From: an uncultured archaeon
GTDB lineage: Archaea; Iainarchaeota; Iainarchaeia; Iainarchaeales; CSSED10-239
DNA: 9,968 nt
NCBI GenBank assembly: GCA_964591795.1
Contig: CAZQEL010000024.1
Coordinates: forward strand, 1 to 9,968
Reading direction: 5' to 3'
Below the pieces are notes generated by a model. That model saw nothing but the letters and a program-made list of their open reading frames with translations, made no database searches and had not been told where the DNA came from. The translations under genes were made by a program, and so were the position numbers. Shown here one piece after another: positions 1 through 6,742 of the stretch (position 1 is its first letter; every line of letters starts with the position of its first letter).

Positions 1-135
1 AACTAATGGTTATATTATAAATATAAAATAAGAAACATTATTTTTTGGATTTTATCATTCATAGATTAAAATTAAATTATAGTTTAAATAGTAACTTATT
101 TAAATTATTTTAATATATATATAATTAGAAAAAAC

Positions 136-447
136 ATGGGTTTATTAGAATTTATTTTTGGTTGGAAGTTAGTTAATGAAAAAGATATCCATCCAAATAT
201 GATTAGAACTATTGATAAAAAATTAAAATTAAAAAGAGAAAAACAAATTAAAAAAATGAAACATTTTAATTTAGGTCGTAATTCAAGAGGTAGAAGAATA
301 ACTCCTGATTATCCTAGTATAGTTATTTATGTAAAGGGTAGTACTTTTAGATATAAAGCAAAGGATTCTGCAGGTCATTACTTTGATAATCAAGGTCATG
401 GAGGATATATGTCTTCAGGGCGTAAAATTTATAGGAAAATAAAATGA
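136..447 (+). CDS. Hypothetical small basic protein (103 aa)
   Basis: Intact ATG-to-TGA ORF rich in Lys/Arg. Its TGA stop (445-447) overlaps an ATG at 444-446 (ATGA), suggesting translational coupling to the next gene. I recognise no family motif. Confidence 0.5.
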   Translation: MGLLEFIFGWKLVNEKDIHPNMIRTIDKKLKLKREKQIKKMKHFNLGRNSRGRRITPDYPSIVIYVKGSTFRYKAKDSAGHYFDNQGHGGYMSSGRKIYRKIK

Positions 448-530
448 ATGACAAAAATAAAAATAATTTTTTTAAACAGAATTAGATTTTATTATCAATT
501 ATAGCTTTTTTAATATTTATTATTTTAATA
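444..530 (+). other. Putative 5' extension of the Cys-rich protein gene, interrupted by an in-frame TAG at 483-485
   Basis: Same frame as the 531 ORF. Reads MNDKNKNNFFKQN-TAG-ILLSIIAFLIFIILI, then continues MFLFSSIK. That is a charged N-terminus followed by a hydrophobic helix of about 22 residues, which is the layout of a signal-anchor. The ATG at 444 overlaps the upstream stop (ATGA). Confidence 0.4.
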
Positions 531-1934
531 ATGTTTTTATTTAGTAGTATTAAAACTAGTCTTTCTAAATCAAATCCAGGTAGTGATTATCAAGAAAGTG
601 AAATATTATCTTACTTAAATACAGGTAATGATAATCAAGAAAGCGAAATATTATCTAAATTAACTCAAATTGATTGTCCAAATACTTCTTATGATTGTAA
701 TGGAACTTTAAAAATAACCCATAATTTTAATTTAGAATATAATAAGTGTGCAGAAAATTTAATATTAGATTATAATAGTTTTGATTGTGGATATATAGTT
801 CCTTGTAATTTAGATGCTTGTAAATTAAATGATATAAATGCTTGTGATGGAACTACTAAAAAAATAATTGAATATTCTTGTGATGAAAAAAAAGGTTGTA
901 TTTCTTCTTCTTCTGTTTTTAAAAATAGTATGGAATGTGGTTATAAATCTCCAACAGATATAAGATTACTTGGAGAATATAATTTGGTTTTCGATATAAA
1001 TGTAGGTGTCCTTTCTGCAACAAAAAAAGATAGCTATAATTGGACTGGATTTAGTGGTAATGAATATACCCAATTTGCAGAAGATGGAAAAACATTTTTA
1101 TTTTTAAATGTAAAATTAATTAATCAGGGTAAAAAAGATTTTAGTGTTTCTCCTTTAAATTTTGTATTAACAGATTCAACAAATTCAGTTTTTAAAAACG
1201 AATTTTTTTCTACTTCAGACTACGATAGATTAGATTCTGTTACTATAATTCTAAATACAAATGCAATAGGATTTTTGTTTTATGAAATTCCTAAAAATGA
1301 GTCTGGGTTGAAATTAGTTTATAAATGGGAAAATTATCCTAATGATGATATTTATGGTACCTGGAACTTAAATACTACTACTGCAACTAATAATAATATT
1401 ATTTGTAGTTCTGGGAAAATAGAAGTAAATAATATTTGTATAGATTGTGGGGGAGAAGGAGAACCTTGTTGTGAAAATAATAACTGTGATTATAGTTTAG
1501 GTTGTTCAAATGGAACTTGTGATAGCTGTGGTGGAGAAAATGAAAATCCTTGCTCTACTGGTTGTTCATATGGATATGATGAAATAAATGGAGAATGTGT
1601 TGAGTCTTGTGGATATCAAGAAATAAGACAAAATGGGGTTTGTGTTGATTGTGGTAAAAATAATCAATTACCTTGTTCTACAGGTTGTTCATATGGATAT
1701 GAAGAAATAAATAATGTTTGTATTGAGGCTTGTGGTATATTCGAAATAAGAGTAAATAGTGTTTGTGTTGATTGTGGAAATGTAAATGATCCTTGTTGTA
1801 CAAATAGTGAGTGTATACTTGGTGTTTGTAATAACGGCCAATGTGAAACTTGTGGTTTTTTGGGAGAGCAATGCTGTTCTAATAATAGTTGTTTTTTAGG
1901 TAATTGTGTTTCTGGAGAATGTGTTTATTCTTAA
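531..1934 (+). CDS. Cysteine-rich extracellular or surface protein. It has a DUF4352-like beta-sandwich core and C-terminal Cys-knot repeat modules.
   Basis: 467-aa ORF ending in TAA. The middle part (about nt 993-1400; GKTFLFLNVKLINQGKKDFSVSPLNFVLTDSTNSVF...IGFLFYEIPKN) resembles DUF4352-type domains. The C-terminal 175 aa or so carry about 40 Cys. Three modules follow C-x2-CG-x4-(P/Q)CC-x4-C-x4-6-C-x5-C, and there are two 41-aa tandem modules. The ORF as drawn lacks a proper signal peptide (see the 444-530 extension). Confidence 0.75.
   Translation: MFLFSSIKTSLSKSNPGSDYQESEILSYLNTGNDNQESEILSKLTQIDCPNTSYDCNGTLKITHNFNLEYNKCAENLILDYNSFDCGYIVPCNLDACKLNDINACDGTTKKIIEYSCDEKKGCISSSSVFKNSMECGYKSPTDIRLLGEYNLVFDINVGVLSATKKDSYNWTGFSGNEYTQFAEDGKTFLFLNVKLINQGKKDFSVSPLNFVLTDSTNSVFKNEFFSTSDYDRLDSVTIILNTNAIGFLFYEIPKNESGLKLVYKWENYPNDDIYGTWNLNTTTATNNNIICSSGKIEVNNICIDCGGEGEPCCENNNCDYSLGCSNGTCDSCGGENENPCSTGCSYGYDEINGECVESCGYQEIRQNGVCVDCGKNNQLPCSTGCSYGYEEINNVCIEACGIFEIRVNSVCVDCGNVNDPCCTNSECILGVCNNGQCETCGFLGEQCCSNNSCFLGNCVSGECVYS
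579..668 (+). repeat. In-frame tandem duplication, 2 x 45 nt (15 aa: G[SN]D[YN]QESEILS[YK]L[NT][TQ])
   Basis: The 21-nt core caagaaag(t/c)gaaatattatct occurs at 591-611 and 636-656 with one mismatch. The offset is 45 nt. Confidence 0.8.
1527..1772 (+). repeat. In-frame tandem duplication, 2 x 123 nt (41-aa Cys-rich module)
   Basis: Unit 1 (1527-1649) encodes CGGENENPCSTGCSYGYDEINGECVESCGYQEIRQNGVCVD. Unit 2 (1650-1772) encodes CGKNNQLPCSTGCSYGYEEINNVCIEACGIFEIRVNSVCVD. Most nucleotides are identical by eye and all Cys positions are conserved. Confidence 0.85.
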
Positions 1935-1989
1935 ATTTAATTAATTATTTTTTAATGTATATTAAAAATAGAAAAAGGAGTAATGAATT

Positions 1990-2283
1990 ATGACTGTAAC
2001 AGAAATAAACAAAAAAGCTAGAATCATAACTAATCATAAAAGTAGAACAATAGGTATTATTTTAGCAATATTTTTTGGTGGATTTGCTTGGTTGTATACT
2101 TATAAGTTAGACAAAACTAAATTTTGGATTGCATTTATAATGTATATATTATTATATTCTATTATGTCAATATTAGTAGAAATCATTTATATATCAGTAT
2201 TAATTACAGCTGCAGCTATTATAGATATGTCCCGTAAACCAAATGATATGTTTGTGAATTATGATAAATGGAAAGTAAAATAG
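1990..2283 (+). CDS. Small integral membrane protein (97 aa, 2-3 predicted TM helices)
   Basis: AAGGAG at about 1973-1978 lies upstream of the ATG at 1990. Hydrophobic stretches are IGIILAIFFGGFAWLY and FWIAFIMYILLYSIMSILVEIIYISVLITAAAII. The ORF ends in TAG (2281-2283), immediately followed by TAA (2284-2286). Confidence 0.6.
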   Translation: MTVTEINKKARIITNHKSRTIGIILAIFFGGFAWLYTYKLDKTKFWIAFIMYILLYSIMSILVEIIYISVLITAAAIIDMSRKPNDMFVNYDKWKVK

Positions 2284-2793
2284 TAAATTAAATTCAAAAA
2301 ATGGTTAAAATAAGTTAAAAATATTATTTTTAATTAAATTTGAGTAAATAATTGGGTATTTAAATTAATTCATACTTATAATATTTTATTTTGGCACCTT
2401 ATTATGGTTATTGATATTAAGTGGATTTTTATGTTTAAAAAAGAAAAGAAGAGATTCAGGAATATTTCCTCAATCAAGACGAATATATTATATTAGTGAT
2501 GATATATTTTGCTATAGAATTAAATTTTTTTTTGTTCCTGAGGATGGTATAATTATTGACAGACGTTTGATATAATTTAATTCATATGTAGTTAACTTAT
2601 GCTTTAAACTTATATTAAATTCACTAACTATATACTAAATAGTAGTTTACGGGCTATATTTTTTTAACCTTCTTGTATAAGTTACACTTATTTATGTATT
2701 GTACTAGGTATATAATATGTAATAATTATAAGCTGAAAATTAATGACTAATAGAAATGAGTTATATAATTATTATCTTGATGTACATTAAATT

Positions 2794-3471
2794 TTAATTT
2801 CGGTTCTTAATAATTTTTTTTAATTTATTTTTTGTTTGGGCTAAAATTAGTTTATTTCTAGCTTGCTTTCTATTCAATATACGTTTTAGAAAAAAATCAT
2901 ATTCAAATAGTATTTTACTATTTCTTAATAATGTTAATCTAGTTAAATGATTCTCATATTTAGGCTGATTTAATTTAAATACATATTTTTTAATTTTATT
3001 AAATTTATGTGTTGGAATATTCATTGCAATTGTTGAATGATAGTTAAAGTTTTCATTATAATCAAATGGTTTTAGTTTACAGTAATCTTTTAATTTGGTT
3101 ACTAGTTCCCATCTTAGTTTATCCAGATTCTTATTAGATTTTATTTTAATATGTATTACTTCTGAATGTTCAAAAGTATTATACCCATCAGTTTTAAATC
3201 TCATAATTGAATATTTTTTAGGTATGTTAGAAAAATCAGAAATTAGTTTTTTTTCATTATTAGTTGTGAAAGGCCCTACTAACGATATGTGTGGTACTAT
3301 TCTATGTTTTTTATATTTTTTTATATTAAATTTATAATCTATATTTGATATGAAGTTTTTTATCTCGCGTTTTGATCTTCCCTGAAATCTGAATTCTATA
3401 AGGTAATTATTTCTAACTTGTCTTGATTTAAACAAAGTATTAAATATTTTAGTTAAAAACATATATTTCAC
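2794..3471 (-). CDS. 2H phosphoesterase superfamily protein (LigT / 2'-5' RNA ligase-like, cyclic phosphodiesterase fold)
   Basis: Two H-x-(S/T)-x motifs at the spacing expected for the 2H fold: PHISLVGPF (HISL = nt 3280-3291) and NYHSTIAMN (HSTI = nt 3028-3039). The track start at 3471 is GTG. An ATG three codons downstream (3462) is an equally good start. Confidence 0.7.
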   Translation of the reverse strand: MKYMFLTKIFNTLFKSRQVRNNYLIEFRFQGRSKREIKNFISNIDYKFNIKKYKKHRIVPHISLVGPFTTNNEKKLISDFSNIPKKYSIMRFKTDGYNTFEHSEVIHIKIKSNKNLDKLRWELVTKLKDYCKLKPFDYNENFNYHSTIAMNIPTHKFNKIKKYVFKLNQPKYENHLTRLTLLRNSKILFEYDFFLKRILNRKQARNKLILAQTKNKLKKIIKNRN

Positions 3472-3494
3472 AATATAATTGATTATAAGAAAGG

Positions 3495-3522
3495 TTTATA
3501 AATATTTTGTATCACAGTGATA
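3495..3522. promoter_or_regulatory. Shared divergent promoter region: TTTATAAA box plus a 13-nt palindrome
   Basis: TTTATAAA sits at 3495-3502 and is itself palindromic, so it could serve both strands. The perfect inverted repeat TATCAC-A-GTGATA is at 3510-3522, between the box and the ATG at 3545. That is an operator-like position. Confidence 0.35.
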
Positions 3523-3544
3523 TATGTAGATACCTGGGATTATT

Positions 3545-3715
3545 ATGGTTAAAATTCAAATTAATTTGTCTGAGAAAGAAGATAAGATTGTAGAAGTATA
3601 CAAACTTATGAATAATTTAAAAACTAAGCAAGATGCTGTTAAAGCAATGTTACAACATTTTGAAGTAGATATTAAACCAAAAAATATAAAAGATAGAGAT
3701 TATTTTAAATTATAG
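3545..3715 (+). CDS. Small ribbon-helix-helix-like protein (56 aa), similar in pattern to archaeal DUF2683 / antitoxin-type RHH proteins
   Basis: Not in the supplied track because it is under 60 aa. Sequence: MVKIQINLSEKEDKIVEVYKLMNNLKTKQDAVKAMLQHFEVDIKPKNIKDRDYFKL. An N-terminal beta-strand (IQINL) is followed by two helices, as in CopG/RHH proteins. Ends in TAG. Confidence 0.5.
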   Translation: MVKIQINLSEKEDKIVEVYKLMNNLKTKQDAVKAMLQHFEVDIKPKNIKDRDYFKL

Positions 3716-3726
3716 GGGGATTTATT

Positions 3727-3813
3727 ATGTTACATTTTCAAACAATGTTTTGGTTAATTTTTAGTTTATTAGGTCTTTGGTTTTTGTTATGGTGTATTAA
3801 AAATTATAGTTAA
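3727..3813 (+). CDS. 28-aa hydrophobic mini-protein (single TM helix)
   Basis: MLHFQTMFWLIFSLLGLWFLLWCIKNYS. GGGGGA at 3715-3720 lies 6 nt upstream of the ATG. It may instead be the orphaned signal-anchor of the following start-less ORF. Confidence 0.3.
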   Translation: MLHFQTMFWLIFSLLGLWFLLWCIKNYS

Positions 3814-4046
3814 AAATATCCAAGAGGGTAGGAGATATAACTATTTGTAGAGAAATTGATACAACTAGTTATGATTTAGATAATATCCTTCTTGTTGGAG
3901 AAACACATTTAATAAAATTCTCTAGTGTTTGTTATGATTATAAAAATGATGTTTTACCAGGTAATTACACTTTAGAGGTAAATTTAAAACAAGGTATTTC
4001 TAATGATTATTTTACAACTGCGTCAAAATTAATTACTATAGAATAA
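3810..4046 (+). pseudogene. Start-less open frame (about 77 codons), possibly the remnant of a beta-sandwich extracellular domain
   Basis: The open frame LKISKRVGDITICREIDTTSYDLDNILLVGETHLIKFSSVCYDYKNDVLPGNYTLEVNLKQGISNDYFTTASKLITIE ends in TAA at 4044-4046. It has no in-frame ATG, GTG or TTG. It begins one nucleotide before the stop of the TM mini-ORF. Confidence 0.3.
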
Positions 4047-4060
4047 TTAAGAAAAGTAAA

Positions 4061-4618
4061 TTACTTTACTTTTCTATTTTTCATCATACCGTTATTAATA
4101 TATGCAATTTCAATATCTATATCTGAAATGATATTTTTATTAACGGGTTTTAAATTTTCTATAGTTTCTTTTATTGTATTGATAGTCACATTAGTTTGAT
4201 ATTTGCTGATTTGTTGAATAGTTCTTTTAATTAACTCTTTAGAATATTCTTCATCTGTAACTTTTTCTAAATTAAGTAATCCTAACCTTTCATAACTCTT
4301 TTCTTTATCATTAAGAACATCTTTAATTATTTTTGAAAATACAGCTCTTGCAGGTTTATCTTCAGTAGAATTTTCATAATCTCTAATCGAATTTGTTAGA
4401 ATATATTCCCTCTGAAGTAAAATTTCAATTGCATTTTGTTTAATTCTATATGGATCAAACAATTCTTTTTTTATTTCATCTATGTCTCGATAATATTGAT
4501 TTCTAGATATTTTCAATTTTTTCATTATTTTTTTAGGAGTATTTCCTTTACTTAATAATTTAACAATTAAATCTAGTTTAACTTGTCTTTTAGGTATAAT
4601 ATTTTTATTTGTACCCAT
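4061..4618 (-). CDS. Helix-turn-helix DNA-binding protein (185 aa). Could be a regulator or a small-terminase-like protein.
   Basis: I place the start at the ATG at 4618-4616, preceded by AGGTGG (4630-4625) with a 6-nt spacer. The track start at 4681 has no such signal. The N-terminal IVKLLSKGNTPKKIMKKLKISRNQYYRDI looks like a Hin/resolvase-type HTH. The gene overlaps the upstream ATPase gene by 14 nt. Confidence 0.6.
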   Translation of the reverse strand: MGTNKNIIPKRQVKLDLIVKLLSKGNTPKKIMKKLKISRNQYYRDIDEIKKELFDPYRIKQNAIEILLQREYILTNSIRDYENSTEDKPARAVFSKIIKDVLNDKEKSYERLGLLNLEKVTDEEYSKELIKRTIQQISKYQTNVTINTIKETIENLKPVNKNIISDIDIEIAYINNGMMKNRKVK

Positions 4619-6200
4619 TTTGTACCACCTCATTTTCCTTTTTAGTCTCTTTGTTAGTGTCTTTAGTGACACAAGTGTCACAATAGTTTCTACCAGTTGT
4701 TAATATACTTGTATATTTTACATATTGGAGTATTTTACAGTTATAGCAATTATCTCTAATTGGTTCATTAAGTTCTTTTAATTTATCTTTATTAAATTCA
4801 ATAATGTTTTCAAGAGTATCCTCAAAAGGATATCCTTGTCGACCCATATAATCTTCTAATATATCCTTAGATATGAAATATTCTCTACCTCTTGCTTTTT
4901 TTTTCTTATTTTTTTTAAAAATAGGAATTTTGGATAAAGTTTTACCAACCCAATAACTATAATTTTTATAAGTGGGAAAATTTTCAGGGTCTTTGTTTAG
5001 CCAACTTTCTATTTGTTTAACTGTGTAATAGTCACTAGTGTCTATATGGTCATGAATTGTTTTAAAAAGTAAATAGTGTTTATTAGTAGAATAGTCTATG
5101 TAATCTCTATCATCAAAACTATCTGATAAATAATCTTCTATATTTTGATGAATGTCATCTCCAATGTATTTTGCTACACTTAAAATTCCTTTTGAAACTT
5201 CTAGATCTCTATTATTAAATTTAGATGATTGATAATTTTTGTAAATTTCATATATAGCTTTCCAATTTTGTATAATAAAAGTATATATTTTATTTTTGAT
5301 TTCTTGCCAGATATCATCATTTTCATCAGGGCTTCTTTTACCTTTTTCTGTTTTTGTTCTTAGAAGTCTAATTATAAAACATCTAGATAAAGTAATGTCA
5401 TCAATATCACCTGTGTTATTAATGATTTTTGGGGAGTATAAATCAAATAATTTAACTGAAAACATATTATTCCTACTTTCTGTTCTCATAGTTTGTCCAC
5501 CTTTCTTATAGCCTGTTTTTAGTATTTGATTAATATATCTTTGTTTATCATCGTCAATTTTCTCATAGTCATCGATGATAAATGTAGGCTTATTAGCTTC
5601 ACATAGCCTAAAAAGAGCTGATTCAGTTGGGTTTGTAGCGTTGATAGCATTAAAAGCAAGGTATCCTGTGATGTTGGTAAGCTTAGTTTTACCAGAATTC
5701 TTTTCTGAGTTTACAAATGGATAGCCATAAGCGTCAAACATTGTAAAGCAATAAGTTCCAATTACAAAACAAGTCATTATATCAAATATTCTTGGATCTT
5801 TAACATCTAAGTAATAGTCATATGTGTTTTTTATTTCATAAAATAGATTTCTTTTATTAATTGGTTCAGATTCATTAGTAATAAACTGATTGATAGATTC
5901 ATTTGACCAGAATGTATTTTGCTCTAATAAATTGTTTCTGTAATTTATACCTGCTAATTTTATTTGATTATCACCTAAAGGTCCTTTAAATTTTTTTATT
6001 TTATTATCAGCACCTTTTTCTTCTTTTATAGTATTTATTCGGTTATAATCGACTAAGTATTGTTTATTAGATAGTACTATACAATCAGTTGGTTGATTTT
6101 TAATATATACCACTTTTCCAAAATAAAAATTATTATTGTGAATTCCTTGAGCTAAGTGGTAAAATTTAGGTTCTTTATTTTTAAAAATATTTTCTATCAT
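4605..6200 (-). CDS. P-loop NTPase with C-terminal zinc ribbon, resembling plasmid/virus replicative (DUF3631-like, primase-associated) ATPases
   Basis: Walker A is SEKNSGKT (nt 5685-5708). Walker B is TFIIDDYE (about nt 5565-5585). The context FRL...PTFIIDDYEKI...ILKTGYKKGG...R...LSRCFIIRL matches my recollection of the DUF3631 pattern. A CxxC...CxxC motif (CYNC...CDTC) is at nt 4671-4748. AAGGA lies upstream of the ATG at 6200. Confidence 0.7.
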   Translation of the reverse strand: MIENIFKNKEPKFYHLAQGIHNNNFYFGKVVYIKNQPTDCIVLSNKQYLVDYNRINTIKEEKGADNKIKKFKGPLGDNQIKLAGINYRNNLLEQNTFWSNESINQFITNESEPINKRNLFYEIKNTYDYYLDVKDPRIFDIMTCFVIGTYCFTMFDAYGYPFVNSEKNSGKTKLTNITGYLAFNAINATNPTESALFRLCEANKPTFIIDDYEKIDDDKQRYINQILKTGYKKGGQTMRTESRNNMFSVKLFDLYSPKIINNTGDIDDITLSRCFIIRLLRTKTEKGKRSPDENDDIWQEIKNKIYTFIIQNWKAIYEIYKNYQSSKFNNRDLEVSKGILSVAKYIGDDIHQNIEDYLSDSFDDRDYIDYSTNKHYLLFKTIHDHIDTSDYYTVKQIESWLNKDPENFPTYKNYSYWVGKTLSKIPIFKKNKKKKARGREYFISKDILEDYMGRQGYPFEDTLENIIEFNKDKLKELNEPIRDNCYNCKILQYVKYTSILTTGRNYCDTCVTKDTNKETKKENEVVQNGYK

Positions 6201-6217
6201 TATCTTTTTTCCTTTCT

Positions 6218-6580
6218 TTAAATCTTATTATATGCTATATCTAAAATTTTATTTTTAATAGATGGTTTATTTTTATAAATAAAAACAAAACAAAAATCAT
6301 TTATTATAATAAAAGTTTTCTTATATTCTATAAAAATTTTACATTTTGGATTTTCTTGTTGTTTTAGTATTTCTTTTTTAAAATTATTAAATTTTTTAAA
6401 AAATAAAGTTATATGTTTTCTTTTGAGTTTTGAAATAGGTACAATATCATTTGTAGGGTATATTTGAAATCTAATTAATGATCTAAAATAAGATTTGCAT
6501 TCATTTGGAGATATATCTTCAAAATAATCTTCTGCTGAAAAATCATTATAATTCATTCTTTCTTTTTTTATTTTATTCAT
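6218..6580 (-). CDS. Hypothetical protein (about 120 aa), first gene of the minus-strand module
   Basis: The track ORF starts at a TTG (6607). The ATG at 6580 is preceded by AGGAG (6594-6590) with a 9-nt spacer, so I prefer it. No recognisable motif. The stop is 18 nt upstream of the ATPase start. Confidence 0.5.
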   Translation of the reverse strand: MNKIKKERMNYNDFSAEDYFEDISPNECKSYFRSLIRFQIYPTNDIVPISKLKRKHITLFFKKFNNFKKEILKQQENPKCKIFIEYKKTFIIINDFCFVFIYKNKPSIKNKILDIAYNKI

Positions 6581-6603
6581 ATTTTTATTCTCCTGGCATT
6601 TAG

Positions 6604-6742
6604 CCAAACTATATAGATAATTTAAGTACCAAACTTGTTATCTGGGTATTTAGACTTTAAATTATGTCTAAATATTTTTTTTAAGAATAAGCTATTTTAG
6701 TTATATTTATATGTATTTGGGTGTATTATTTATTTATGTCTA
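6604..6742. promoter_or_regulatory. Divergent control region with candidate operator repeats
   Basis: 9-bp perfect inverted repeat: TATTTAGAC (6647-6655) and GTCTAAATA (6666-6674). Direct repeat TTATGTCTA at 6662-6670 and 6734-6742. Direct repeat CCAAACT at 6604-6610 and 6629-6635. The region lies between divergently transcribed genes that encode DNA-binding proteins. Confidence 0.4.

Noticed and set aside
1689-1871. 60-aa minus-strand ORF in the track
   Set aside because: It lies entirely antisense to the well-supported Cys-rich protein gene. The product is low-complexity (Thr/Ile/Asn-rich), there is no ribosome-binding site, and an open frame like this is expected by chance opposite a stop-poor coding frame.
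3095-3337. 80-aa plus-strand ORF in the track
   Set aside because: It is antisense to, and fully embedded in, the 2H phosphoesterase gene, whose catalytic motifs validate the minus-strand frame. It has no recognisable features of its own.
4619-4681. 21-codon N-terminal extension of the HTH protein (track start at 4681)
   Set aside because: The extension lies inside the 3' end of the ATPase gene and has no ribosome-binding site. The ATG at 4618 has an AGGTGG motif at ideal spacing.
5296-5511. 71-aa plus-strand ORF in the track
   Set aside because: It is antisense to the central part of the Walker ATPase gene. The hydrophobic, low-complexity translation is typical of the reverse frame of Lys/Asn/Glu-rich genes.
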